In this document: in pieces, positions 35,701-45,173 of the stretch
How the letters are laid out: each line of letters starts with the position of its first letter
Position numbering within the stretch: position 1 is the stretch's first letter
DNA from: a virus
DNA length: 64,000 nt
IMG/VR virus record: IMGVR_UViG_3300007513_000007
Span: 96,001 to 160,000 of that record
Strand: one strand, 5' to 3'
The notes under the pieces: generated by a model
The model's input: only the letters and a program-made list of their open reading frames with translations
Database searches by the model: none
Told to the model about the DNA's origin: nothing
Program-made: the position numbers and the translations under genes

Positions 35701-38609
35701 GTTTGTGGAACTCGGTTCATCTCCGTGAGGACCGTGATTCCGTGGGATGTCTCGACAAGGTACTTGGGAATCACCGAGTAGTGGACCACCTCCCAAGCCG
35801 AGATATTAGTTGCCCTCCTCGACAAAGAACCCCAGAACACGGAGCCGTTCTCTGGCCCCTTTGGAATAGCTGGGATCACAAGGGAAGTGGAAGCAGGGAA
35901 CGCAGTCGCCACAACCTCGGAGACCAAAGTCCCTGACACAGAGCCGCCGATGGATACCGTTGTGACCCCTCCAGGGAAATCGGTCAACATCCGAACAGAG
36001 ACAAGCTCCTCACCCCACGGGACATCGAAGAGAAGGTAAACGGTGTCGTTGCCGAACAGGTCCACCCGTGCGGGCAAGGATTCGTTCAGGACAAGGGTTA
36101 TTGTCCCGTCCTCATTCAAGTAGGTCCCGCACGATGCGACTGTGTAAACCCCGGCTTGGGGACCCGTCGGAATACGAATCGCGCTTCCGGCTTTGACCCC
36201 GGAAAGGAGGGTGTTGTAGGGGAGCTTGATGGTGGTCGCGGTTGTGGCAATCCCGTCCAGGCCGGGGCCAACCTTCCAAGCGGATTCCAGATCGGGCCGT
36301 GCAGCGTTTTCGAGAAGCCCCAGCGACCGGACGCCGTCAACCTTGAGGAATCCCACAAAAGGCATCTTCAGGCCGTCATGGACCCCTATCCCCACACCCG
36401 AAAAGACCCCATCGTAGGTGCCGGTGTCTTTCAGTTGGACGCGAACGCTGTACTCAACAGCACACGCCAAGGACAAATCGACGTTTCTCTCGTAAAGAGC
36501 GGGGGTGCCGTCCTTGTAGGTTCCAGATACAGCATCTACGAGGATGTAGTCGTCCTCATTCCCGACATATCCGGCGTCAGTCCCAGTGAGCGCCCAAGGA
36601 GCCGCTGAATCATCGGCGGGGGGCACCCTTCCGTGGTAGGTGACCACCTCCTCTTGAGAGGATGCTTTCATCCCCCCCACAGAAAGTTCGTGAGGGTTTT
36701 GGTTGGTCAAAAGGGTCGTTGGCTGGTTCAGAAGGGCAGAATAGCCCCCCAGTTGGAAACCCATGTACCGGTGGCCGATATGTTTCGGGCTTTTCTGGGG
36801 CTTCGGACCAAGGAGCGTCCCCATCGGGAAGCGGTGGTAGAGGGAGGCTCCCTTTGAAGATGCCGGAACAGGTGAGTGCGCTCCCGGCGTGTGTCCTACT
36901 GACCGGTCCCATTTGTTCAGGGTCAGACCTCTGGTGTTGAGGCCCTCCATCACCATTGGAGGGTTTGAGAACCAGATGTAGTCGAGTTCAACCGACATGT
37001 CCCCCGGAGCCGCCAGCGGGATCGGAATGGTGGGGTAGATTTCGCCAACCCAAGGGTTTACGTCCCGAACCTCAATCCCGACCCCATCCAACCGGACTTC
37101 AACATCATCCCGAGTCGCGGGGGTTGCATCACCCCACCCTCGAACCAACGGCCCTCGGGCTGTCTGAATCACGTCACGGGTAAGAACAACGGATCCCAGG
37201 AAGGCGTCCTTCAGTTCATGGATAAAGTTCCAAGTCGAACTGAAAACGGTGGAGGAAGCACTAATCTCTACCTGCTTGACGACGAAAAGCTGGACTTCGT
37301 GAGGGGCCAGCAACAAAGCCTGTGCCCCTACGGGAATAGTCGTAGGAGTCACGGCCCCGATGGGGAAGGTGAGGAGAGGTACTCCGTTGAACAGGACCGA
37401 GTAGAAGCCCCCGTACTGATTCCTGACCAGGGTTAGGGTCTCGGCAGAGTTCGCCCCCCACTCCGCAGGAACAGTTCCCACAACCCCCAGAGGTGTCGAA
37501 ATGTCGATCACCTTGGTGCCTGCGATGTCGCCCAACGTCAGGATGACCTGACGGCTTCCGTCATTCACCGTGAAGCTAAATAGGGACGACCCGGTAACCG
37601 GAGGGTGAATGTGGGCGCTTCCGCACTGGAAAACGATGTCTGCCCTGTAAGTGGTCCCGTCAATAAGCCTCCCAGAAGTGTCTCCAAAGGACCACCCGTA
37701 AGTGACCCCCACTGCCTTGCTCAAAACAAGCTGGTTGGACACGATCTCGGAGGTTCCAGTGCCGACCTCAACGCCGTCGAAGGACGTGGCTGCACTGGGA
37801 AGCTCTTTGCCCTGGTAGTCAAATGCTTCAGCAGGGCCAACCGTCAGGTCGTACTCCACCTTCGTCATCGGTGAGACGTCGAGAAAGACCTTGCTTGGGA
37901 GAGCCGCTACCTGTTCTGCCGAATGGATGACCGGAGCCACGGGGTAGTCCCCCACAACAGAATACGAAGCGACCGCATCCACTCCAGGAGAGAACGATGA
38001 TTCAGGGAGGAGGGCCTGGGGCAGCCCTCTTGAATCAAAGAACTCCAGGAGAACAGTACGGCCATCGTCACCGGGAGGAGCCGGGATAAGAGCATTGACC
38101 GTGTACTTGTCTCCGTAAGCAGAGAAAGAAGCCGAGTTGGTCGGGGGCGGCCCGACGATATTTCCAGCCAAATCACGAGGGCCGGTTGGGCCGGGGTCTA
38201 CGGTGACGACGTAAAGACCGCCCAGTGTGGACCCGGTGTGGTAGACGATGACGGACGTGTAACCGTCGTGTGATCCAGGCGTTCCGGGAGACACCTGCAC
38301 TACCGTGAGGGGAACCCCGTAAGTAGCGGTGAGGACGTAGTTGGCGGCGTCCGTAAGATGGCTGTCGTGAGCCATCTCCTCGCTGAAGAGAACCTCTACG
38401 GAATACCCGTCAATAGGGTTGGCCCCCGTCACCCGAGGAGGCGTGATGTCTACCGAACCATACGAGGAAAGACCGTAGGCGGCCCCGCCATAACCCCCAC
38501 CCGGTGGGACCGGGAGCCTTGGGTGGGCTGCACTACCGTAGGGTGAGAATCCGTAGGCGTTGCCTCCGTACCCAAATCCCCCCATCAATCCCGGTAGAAA
38601 TACAGCCAC
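32787..38609 (-). CDS. large multidomain virion protein (1940 aa) with Gly-Tyr N-terminal repeat and Ig-like domains
   Basis: GYGGNAYGFSPYG...GYGGAAYGLSSYG; PPRVTGANPIDGYSVEVLFSEEM resembles an SbsA/Big_5 Ig-like domain; beta-rich throughout. Confidence 0.75.
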   Translation of the reverse strand: MAVFLPGLMGGFGYGGNAYGFSPYGSAAHPRLPVPPGGGYGGAAYGLSSYGSVDITPPRVTGANPIDGYSVEVLFSEEMAHDSHLTDAANYVLTATYGVPLTVVQVSPGTPGSHDGYTSVIVYHTGSTLGGLYVVTVDPGPTGPRDLAGNIVGPPPTNSASFSAYGDKYTVNALIPAPPGDDGRTVLLEFFDSRGLPQALLPESSFSPGVDAVASYSVVGDYPVAPVIHSAEQVAALPSKVFLDVSPMTKVEYDLTVGPAEAFDYQGKELPSAATSFDGVEVGTGTSEIVSNQLVLSKAVGVTYGWSFGDTSGRLIDGTTYRADIVFQCGSAHIHPPVTGSSLFSFTVNDGSRQVILTLGDIAGTKVIDISTPLGVVGTVPAEWGANSAETLTLVRNQYGGFYSVLFNGVPLLTFPIGAVTPTTIPVGAQALLLAPHEVQLFVVKQVEISASSTVFSSTWNFIHELKDAFLGSVVLTRDVIQTARGPLVRGWGDATPATRDDVEVRLDGVGIEVRDVNPWVGEIYPTIPIPLAAPGDMSVELDYIWFSNPPMVMEGLNTRGLTLNKWDRSVGHTPGAHSPVPASSKGASLYHRFPMGTLLGPKPQKSPKHIGHRYMGFQLGGYSALLNQPTTLLTNQNPHELSVGGMKASSQEEVVTYHGRVPPADDSAAPWALTGTDAGYVGNEDDYILVDAVSGTYKDGTPALYERNVDLSLACAVEYSVRVQLKDTGTYDGVFSGVGIGVHDGLKMPFVGFLKVDGVRSLGLLENAARPDLESAWKVGPGLDGIATTATTIKLPYNTLLSGVKAGSAIRIPTGPQAGVYTVASCGTYLNEDGTITLVLNESLPARVDLFGNDTVYLLFDVPWGEELVSVRMLTDFPGGVTTVSIGGSVSGTLVSEVVATAFPASTSLVIPAIPKGPENGSVFWGSLSRRATNISAWEVVHYSVIPKYLVETSHGITVLTEMNRVPQTGPTPWFISGGFGYAEVDSTGDTLLLKSNSQATNALNHGNNLTFSYNRAVPFLTPKTRTEVEATFKVESHIQGSASASLIIEDTERVSRVSTISYLQGENVTESDGTPVYRKLLNLPACSLSGLLKPVDANWSPASWNNTDTNTVAVFGNRLVVSQGGVGGSLWSQGKTLPSSDPLLLDGVIADARIKIRSSEAADGRAGPTFGVVVPFSATTAINIQVDWLPDGKVGLIKLPEVPGDPSVIVDAWSVGWDDQRFHDYRLVCDPTANIAVLVVDDEVQGSAPLDSFLEVPSDKQNTFYGRFGVIEAATSLSVWDSFSVVPLRTLVTAAAGANGAIVRTLGLLVGADPDKLDGYRLPRLDSLSVANTDPSAQIVPMDWKQDYIRARMYYDPEWGVCVYRPDLSPPPWYTGDFATETTDPSAAWISVETPDIPTLEKEKGSIRWGSINPYSITSQRWRSVRYRLRGAPDGFGIAPQNMILNRYHRLTSGEWLYDTTPEVVTINSSSHTTVSVRASAMQADRVFVVQVDGVVIPIADWAFDKATQTITFVAPLPSSSYPVTITFVASQPVTETYLCSQPIEQSVTLLNEGTPPVPTGRHTESIREVLAGSRINDPLDVLDDAETLITNDPHRVVKFKETATSLYTDMSFCEVEDGESIWISSLCDGPGIAQGFAGIEVDGTDYGNSFTVPEGPAGPWGKSSPTFKKSSTYFDQSSVLLASGGVIQGGVLGPGTAVLYPNARGPSGKPPPGMGLNQEFRIVMQDVTPRTDSFDPGWMGDNVPPTNPIPVTDNPDGVPGTFGVGKCVARLVDYGSDTGTSRLGPWGAKTWFGEVIVLDNASILAGDTITIGGLPLTASAGAPGADEFQIGATDAETVANIRDAINDTANSFLGLCHAQVETLPTTNQVNISSSRSLTFTLSNEVAFRPNPRTGTLVKRSVLAGGSQLDGYQLVLSGGLPLPSPTVTVFTIEAASAP

Positions 38610-38622
38610 ACAGCCACCCTAC

Positions 38623-39381
38623 TTATGCGGGCACAAGAGCGCGTTGGTCTGTTCCAAAAGCGGCACTTCCGATAAGGATGGGTGTATCGCCGTTGCTGAA
38701 GGTCAAGTCCAGGACGAGGTTGGCGATGCCCATAGGCTTGAACACAGCAGTGGAGGGGTTGCCTGCACCAAAGAAGTTGGCGAGCTTTAGGGGTTGGGAA
38801 ATGGTAACCCCGTTCTCGAAGCCGGAAAGACCCACGGCATTAGCCGGAAAGACCGTGCCTTCGCAGTCAACCATCTTCAGGGCAACAGTAGGGAAGCCCA
38901 GGCCCGTGTGGATTGCACCGATGTTGAACGTCCCGAACACTGGATCAGCCCCGAACCAAGTGACTTGAATATGGTTGAAGTCCACAACGAAAGGCCACAC
39001 GATCCGAATACCGGCAGCACCATCCGGGGCGAGGAGCTTCACAATCTGCTCGCCCATGAGAGTGCCATCAGTCTCTTTGGTGGGCGACAGTGACTCTGTC
39101 ACGTTGAAGGTGCCCGAGGTCACCTGCACCCAGGCATCCCGCGCCCCAACGGACGAGATATGAGGGGGTGCCAGCATAGCCGTGGAACTTGCGTTCAGGC
39201 CCTTGCTGTCAGTCATCTTGAAGGACTGGTTACCTGCATCATCCGTCGATAGTGACAGCGTAGGGCGAAGCTGCCCTTTATTCTGGTAGTCCTTCGGAGT
39301 GACGCCTGTCTTGAAGGCAAGTTCGTCGTAAAGGATAACGGAGTTGTAGAAAGGGGAGCCGCAGCCGCCAAGGAGTGACAT
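38623..39381 (-). CDS. hypothetical virion-associated beta-sandwich protein
   Basis: 252-aa ORF with SD GAGGTG, in operon context. Confidence 0.7.
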   Translation of the reverse strand: MSLLGGCGSPFYNSVILYDELAFKTGVTPKDYQNKGQLRPTLSLSTDDAGNQSFKMTDSKGLNASSTAMLAPPHISSVGARDAWVQVTSGTFNVTESLSPTKETDGTLMGEQIVKLLAPDGAAGIRIVWPFVVDFNHIQVTWFGADPVFGTFNIGAIHTGLGFPTVALKMVDCEGTVFPANAVGLSGFENGVTISQPLKLANFFGAGNPSTAVFKPMGIANLVLDLTFSNGDTPILIGSAAFGTDQRALVPA

Positions 39382-39393
39382 AGTTCACCTCAT

Positions 39394-40236
39394 TTAGCTC
39401 AAGGGGTTGTTTGCGTAGACGACCACAATCGAAAAGGCGGGGACAGCCCCGAAGGTGGTGTTGCTCATCACCACCTCGATAGGCACTTTGTTTCCCGTGT
39501 CGTTCAAGGTCCACTGGGGGTGTAGGAGAATCTCCGCTGGGATTTCGACCCCTGGTTGAGAGGTCCAATCAAGAAGGCTTCCCGCCGCACCGCCCTGGAA
39601 ATGAACCTGAAGGGTGGGGGCAGAACCGTTCTCGTCCGGGGTGCGCTGGTCAGCGGTGCCGTCGAACTCAAACCTCACCTCGGACACCCTGGCCGTCGCA
39701 TTGAGGGTGGTGGTGGAAGTCCGGGTCACACCGTCGAAATCCACGTCGATCTTCAGCGTTTCGTAGGAGGCCGTGATTTGAGTAAGGTTGGTGGCGATGT
39801 CGGCTGCGTTGGTCGAGATGCCCGCAGCGTTCGTGTTCGCTGTCGTCTGGTTGGCCGTGATGTTCGTAACATTCGTGGAGATATTCCCCGTATTCGTGCC
39901 AATAGCGGTGCCGTTAGTCGTGATGCTCGTGGTGTTCGCGGTGATGTCGCTCGCGTTATTGCCAATGCTCGTGGCATTAGCCGAGATGTTTCCTTCGTTG
40001 GTCGTCGCTTTGGAGGCTGTGGTGTCGAACTCCGACCGGATCACAACGCTATTCGCGTTGGCTGACGTCCCGGCAAAGAGCGGCCTCAACTCCGAGAGGT
40101 CCTTTTTGGCGCACTGGATGTTCCCGCTGTCGTCCGTGTAAATCACCGACGGGTCCAGAAGACCATTCGGGTGGGTCTTGGGCATCGTGATGAGTGTGGC
40201 CCAAGTTTGGGGAGCTACGGTAGTGAAGTCAGCCAT
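39394..40236 (-). CDS. fibre/spike protein with an Asn-heptad trimeric coiled-coil stalk
   Basis: About ten I-x-x-N heptads (ISANATSIGNNASDITANTTSITTNGTA...). Confidence 0.75.
   Translation of the reverse strand: MADFTTVAPQTWATLITMPKTHPNGLLDPSVIYTDDSGNIQCAKKDLSELRPLFAGTSANANSVVIRSEFDTTASKATTNEGNISANATSIGNNASDITANTTSITTNGTAIGTNTGNISTNVTNITANQTTANTNAAGISTNAADIATNLTQITASYETLKIDVDFDGVTRTSTTTLNATARVSEVRFEFDGTADQRTPDENGSAPTLQVHFQGGAAGSLLDWTSQPGVEIPAEILLHPQWTLNDTGNKVPIEVVMSNTTFGAVPAFSIVVVYANNPLS
39770..40030 (-). repeat. degenerate 21-nt (heptad) coding repeat
   Basis: Periodic Ile/Asn spacing of 7 residues. Confidence 0.7.
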
Positions 40237-40238
40237 TG

Positions 40239-40811
40239 TTAGGTCCTCGGAGTTTCTACATATCGGATGACCAGTTGGCCTGTCCCTTGAGTCATGGCTA
40301 CGGCCAGATTGGCCTCGATGGTCAGGTAAATGCGGGTAGCCCCGGCCAGTTCAGCCCAGTCATTCACCCAATACATCCCGCTGGTGACTGGCGTGTTGTC
40401 CGCGTGGTCCTGGAAGCGTTCCCACGCACCAACCGGAGGACCCACAGGGAACACTCCAGAGTTGTCCTCGGTCCCAATGCTCATCTTCGTTACGATGTTC
40501 CAGGCTACGTCGATGTAAACGCCAGCCCCCATAACAATAGCGTTGAGGGGAAGAATCGTAGAGGTTTGGATCTGGGCATACCTGGGAGCACCAGCAGCGG
40601 TAACCTGGGCGTTGTAGTCGCTGAAGCTGAACGGAGTAGCGATGACCTGCTGGGTGGTCGCAATAGAGCCACCAACGGGAGCATCCCACACCGCATTTCC
40701 TGAAGCATCGGAAGTCAGAACATGGCCTGCACTGGCCCCGGAAACCACCTTGAGAGTATTAGTCTCAACTTCACCGAGGCTCTGGATCGAATCTACTTTC
40801 TTATTGGCCAT
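40239..40811 (-). CDS. small fibre/decoration-like protein
   Basis: GHVLTSDASGNAVW fibre motif plus C-terminal jelly-roll-like segment (LPLNAIVMGAGVYIDVAWN...SIGT). Confidence 0.7.
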   Translation of the reverse strand: MANKKVDSIQSLGEVETNTLKVVSGASAGHVLTSDASGNAVWDAPVGGSIATTQQVIATPFSFSDYNAQVTAAGAPRYAQIQTSTILPLNAIVMGAGVYIDVAWNIVTKMSIGTEDNSGVFPVGPPVGAWERFQDHADNTPVTSGMYWVNDWAELAGATRIYLTIEANLAVAMTQGTGQLVIRYVETPRT

Positions 40812-40820
40812 AGGTAACCT

Positions 40821-43800
40821 CTACGCTTTGTGGAGCATGACGCAGACAAAGCCCGCACCGGTTGTGGAAGCAGAAGCGCCCGTAGTTACTGTAAGAATCA
40901 CGTCGGGAGGAATGGGTCCTGCCGTCACAGGCTCCACTGGCTCCGTCGAGTAGCCCGAAGCAGTGTTGGTGGAATCGGTGTCTCCCGATGCGAAGTACGC
41001 ATTTACGGATCCGGTGTTACCAACCTCAATAGTGCTGGGGTCGTTGTTGAAGACAGTCGTGTACCGGACCCAAACCTTGAGGATCACGTCCCCGGCTGCA
41101 AGGTCTGTAACTACGTTCACCGTTCCCGAAGTGTGGTCGAAGTCCACCCGCTTGATTTCGACACCGCCTTGCGGAGCGGGGTCTTGCCAACTGACGCCCC
41201 CAGCATTGTGGGTGCCGTCTGTGGTCAGAACCTGTCCGGCAGTTCCATCTACCGTAGGAAGGAACCAATGGGCACCCCCAAGGTCAGACCCGTTGATGAT
41301 GATTTCAGGCGCACCCGCTGCGGTCGCATCCAGTTGTAGTACGTCGTCGCCAAACCCGCTCCTGAGCAGGAGCGTGGGGGTCGTAGCCATCCCGCCCATG
41401 CGGCTCAAGAAGTGGAAGCCTGCTACCCCTGCTTGCTTGAACTCCAAGGTAGCGTGCGTCTCCAAGCCCGGACCACCCTGCGGGCCGCCGTCCACGACAA
41501 GTGAGGCGATGCTGCCAGCGACATACCCAGACGCATCAATCGTGGCCGCCGTAGTGTGCAAGCCTACTGCGGGAGCGTCTACCTCATAGGTAAGGGTCAG
41601 GTTGTTGTGGCCTGCGTCGTCCTGGAAAGTGATTCCAGGAAGGGAGGCAACGCCGTCTCCAAAGAGGCCGAGTTGGCACAAGAGGGTGCTGTTGCTCTGG
41701 AACTTGAGAAGTGCTGTGTCGGCTGCGGCCCCACCGTGATCCAAAGTAACAGTGGCGTCGTGCCCTGGTGCGGCTCCCGTAGTGAGAGTCAAGCCAGCGT
41801 CTCCCGCACCACCACCATCCAAGGTCAGGACCACCTTGTTGTCAGTGGCAAGGTCGGTGAGAGTGGCTTCGCTGTTCTGAAGCAGCTTGCCGGTAGCGGA
41901 ATCAAAGCGAGCCAACGCGGTGTCCGTCGCGGCTACGGGGCCTACAACATCACCAGTTCCCCCACTTGAAAACAGCGTCCAGGCTGTGCCCGAACCGGCT
42001 GACGTGTTTTGGTAAAGGCTTGCCGTCGCACCCGTGTCTCGGACGAACAATGATCCCGCGTCTGCCGACACGGATCCATTGGGGTCTGCGGTGCCCGCGA
42101 AGAGGCCGAAGGATTCCCCTCCCGCTCCCGCTTGGGAAAGGTTTAGGATTTGGGCATCCACGCCCGCGTCCACCTGGATTATCGGTGCCACCGTGTTGGT
42201 TCCACCGATGGTGATTTGGTCTTCCGCATCAAGAGTGAGGAGGGCGTTCCCCGTCGCATTAGCAGCACTAACCAGAAGCGTTCGATCTGCGGCGTCGTCC
42301 GCATTCATCCGAATCTGCGTGTTGGACCCTCCCATGAAGGATGCACCTGCACTGGAGGCGATGCCAATAGACACCGCTTCAACCGTAAAGGCGAGAAGCT
42401 CGGTGCCTATTCCGAACAGGACCGTCCCGTCGCCCGCAGCAGCACCGCTGACGTTGAGGCCCCCACCCGCAGTGGAAAGGGTGAGGTCGATGTCAGTACC
42501 CGTCGAAGTGGTGATGGTATGCCCAGCATCGTAGGCATCTTGAAGGGTGCCCCCACCACCGCCAGCGGCCCAGGAAACATTCCCCGCACCATCAGTCTGA
42601 AGAACATCATTTGGGTTTCCGTCAGCACTGGGAAGGGAAAACGCACCATTGATGGTGAGGACTCCCGGAGTTCCTGCTGCTTCAGTGCCGAAAGAGAACC
42701 TTTCGTTGCCCGCAGAATCCTGAATCACGAGGACATCGGATGTTCCGAGAAGTCCGAACGCGCCCTTGGAGGGTCCCGCAGCAGAGAAGGTTATGCCTGC
42801 CAAGTCAGCCACGGCCCCGCCGTGGTCCAAGTTCAACAGGGCGCTTGCTCCTGCGCCCGCAGCAGCCCCATTGAAGGTCATCTCGATGTCGCCGTTTACG
42901 GATTCCGTGTGATCGAGGAGAATGACCTCACTGTTCTTGATTAGCTTCCCGGTGGCAGCGTTGAAACGAGCCAGGGCATGGTCTGTGGCTGAAACAGGAC
43001 CTACAACGTCTCCGGTTCCAGCAATCGTGGCCCAAGCGACAGCACCTGCACCATCAGTCTGGAGAACTTGATTTAGAGTTCCGTCTGCACTGGGAAGGGT
43101 GAACTCACTGCCGCCCGCATGGTCGCCAAGGGTAAGGGCACCCGAGGTCGAGACAGACATGACAGTGAGGTTAGTGCCCAGTTCTTTGAATCGAAGATTG
43201 CCTGAAGTGACAGGATTGATGGTCTCTACCGCCCACCGGGCATTAGACGCATCCTCAAACATAAGGATGGAGGGGTCGGTGGAGTGGCCAGACTTCAGCG
43301 TGAGAGATGCCGTATGGCCCGCCCCGAGCGAAGACGCATCAAGAGCGAGATCCCCGTCTACAAGTGTGGCATTAGGGGCATTGTAGATGTTGGTGTCCGT
43401 GGTCATCAAGGCAAGCTGTGTTGCCACTGTGCTCGCTGCTGAGGAGGTGACCGTGCCGCCTCCAGCAGGGGCAGCCCAAGTTACGCCTCCAGCCCCATCG
43501 GTTTGGAGAACCTGTCCTGCCGTACCGTCCACGTCAGGAAGGACGTACTCGTGGGGGCTGATTCCAATGGTCAAGGCCCCCGTGCTGCTAACCAAGAGCA
43601 CGTCGTTGATACCGCCGTTCTTGAAGCGGAAGGGCCTGCCCGCAATCGACCCGTCTACACCGAGGTCCCATTGAGGAAGGCTGGCGAGGTCGAACCCGAC
43701 ATTGACCAAATCAGACGCCGCAGTGGCATCCATCCGAATCTGGGCAGAGGTGGGTGAAGCGAGTGTGGAGGCATCAACCTTGAGGGTTACGGCAGGGTCA

Positions 43801-45173
43801 GCCTTGTCGCTGATGCTCACAAGGGTGTTGGAGATCAGCTTGCCGGTAGCATCAGAGAAATGCGGAACCTGGGTTGCCACAGTTCCAGCCGCCCCGGATG
43901 TTACATCACCCCCCAGGCTGCCTCCGATGATTCCGTTTCCGGTTGCGTTCACCACCAGTGCCGTGTTCGCCACAATCGTGGCGTCGAAAGGCATCTGGAC
44001 GCCTCCGACTGTGATGGCATTTACAGTCGGGTTGGGGTAGGTCCCAGCAAGGTCACCCCCGGCCCCACCGGAAGGGGGCGAACTGCCATACAAGGCACCC
44101 GGCCCGGTGGTGTTTGACGTGTAGGTGCCGCCAACATTGTCGAAGCTCGTAAGGGTGACGTTATCAACGAGGAAATCAGTGTTGTTCAGCGGTGCTGCTG
44201 CGCCAAAGGACGCACTGATAGTGAACCCGCAGTTGAAGAAGCCGATAGGGTCCTGGACATTGGCAAGAGTGGTAGCGCCACCCCCGGCATCAAAGGTGAA
44301 GTCCGTTCCCGTGAACAAGCACCCGGAGATATGGCCGTAACCGGCCATGTTGATGTCTCCCCCAAACTCCGAGTTCACAAGGCGCTTGATCCCAACGGTC
44401 TGTCCTGCGCCGCCATCAAGGACGGGGTCGGCTCCCGAGAAAGAAGCAAGGATGGAATCCACCACTTCGATGCGAAGCTGGCCACCCCCGGCCCAGCCGG
44501 TAGCGTCAAAGAAGCCGCCTGTTCCACCAGCCCCCTGTAGCCCACAATCAATAAGGTGAACCTCATACGAGGAGGGCTGCGTGCTTTGGAACGTGATGGT
44601 GTCGGTAAACCGGAACCGCTCGAACGAGATGGTAAAAATGGCGTTCGTGGAAGGAGCAACAGCAGCATTCAGGGAGATGGTGCGCGGCGTAGCTGAAGCA
44701 GTGTCCGTAAGGTAAACCTCTCCGTCACCGACAAGGGAGATGGAACGCTTGTCTGGGAAGACGAGGTTCTCGTCATAGAAGCCGCCACTGATGATAACCG
44801 TGACGCCTTGGAGTTCCTCAACCGGAACCGCAGGAGTGCCGATAGCCGTCAAAGCATCCTGGATGGTGGTGTAAGGGGCAGCGATAGAGCCATCGCTTCC
44901 TCCAAGAGCGTAGGACGAATCAACGTACAGCCGTCCGCGCAAGGGGTTGACGGTCGCACCGCCGCCCCCGCTGCCAAGCTCCACCCATGTCGGCCCTGTG
45001 GGGTCTGTCAGAACGAAGAAGGTATAAGGAGTACCAGCGCCAACGCGAGCCATCTTTCCGGTGTCTGCCCCGGTATAAACCGCCGCATCCCGATCAACCG
45101 TGGAAGTGTACTCCCACGCCACGAGAGTGTGGATTCCTTGCGCTGTTGTTTGATCACCGTGAAATGCACTCAT
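40821..45173 (-). CDS. long modular tail-fibre-like protein (1450 aa)
   Basis: LYVD..G.DGS..APYTTIQDAL beta-helix start; 4 copies of LPxxDGxxxQVLxTDG; 2 copies of GTGDVVGPVxATDxALARF; TLQDAYDAG. Confidence 0.8.
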   Translation of the reverse strand: MSAFHGDQTTAQGIHTLVAWEYTSTVDRDAAVYTGADTGKMARVGAGTPYTFFVLTDPTGPTWVELGSGGGGATVNPLRGRLYVDSSYALGGSDGSIAAPYTTIQDALTAIGTPAVPVEELQGVTVIISGGFYDENLVFPDKRSISLVGDGEVYLTDTASATPRTISLNAAVAPSTNAIFTISFERFRFTDTITFQSTQPSSYEVHLIDCGLQGAGGTGGFFDATGWAGGGQLRIEVVDSILASFSGADPVLDGGAGQTVGIKRLVNSEFGGDINMAGYGHISGCLFTGTDFTFDAGGGATTLANVQDPIGFFNCGFTISASFGAAAPLNNTDFLVDNVTLTSFDNVGGTYTSNTTGPGALYGSSPPSGGAGGDLAGTYPNPTVNAITVGGVQMPFDATIVANTALVVNATGNGIIGGSLGGDVTSGAAGTVATQVPHFSDATGKLISNTLVSISDKADPAVTLKVDASTLASPTSAQIRMDATAASDLVNVGFDLASLPQWDLGVDGSIAGRPFRFKNGGINDVLLVSSTGALTIGISPHEYVLPDVDGTAGQVLQTDGAGGVTWAAPAGGGTVTSSAASTVATQLALMTTDTNIYNAPNATLVDGDLALDASSLGAGHTASLTLKSGHSTDPSILMFEDASNARWAVETINPVTSGNLRFKELGTNLTVMSVSTSGALTLGDHAGGSEFTLPSADGTLNQVLQTDGAGAVAWATIAGTGDVVGPVSATDHALARFNAATGKLIKNSEVILLDHTESVNGDIEMTFNGAAAGAGASALLNLDHGGAVADLAGITFSAAGPSKGAFGLLGTSDVLVIQDSAGNERFSFGTEAAGTPGVLTINGAFSLPSADGNPNDVLQTDGAGNVSWAAGGGGGTLQDAYDAGHTITTSTGTDIDLTLSTAGGGLNVSGAAAGDGTVLFGIGTELLAFTVEAVSIGIASSAGASFMGGSNTQIRMNADDAADRTLLVSAANATGNALLTLDAEDQITIGGTNTVAPIIQVDAGVDAQILNLSQAGAGGESFGLFAGTADPNGSVSADAGSLFVRDTGATASLYQNTSAGSGTAWTLFSSGGTGDVVGPVAATDTALARFDSATGKLLQNSEATLTDLATDNKVVLTLDGGGAGDAGLTLTTGAAPGHDATVTLDHGGAAADTALLKFQSNSTLLCQLGLFGDGVASLPGITFQDDAGHNNLTLTYEVDAPAVGLHTTAATIDASGYVAGSIASLVVDGGPQGGPGLETHATLEFKQAGVAGFHFLSRMGGMATTPTLLLRSGFGDDVLQLDATAAGAPEIIINGSDLGGAHWFLPTVDGTAGQVLTTDGTHNAGGVSWQDPAPQGGVEIKRVDFDHTSGTVNVVTDLAAGDVILKVWVRYTTVFNNDPSTIEVGNTGSVNAYFASGDTDSTNTASGYSTEPVEPVTAGPIPPDVILTVTTGASASTTGAGFVCVMLHKA

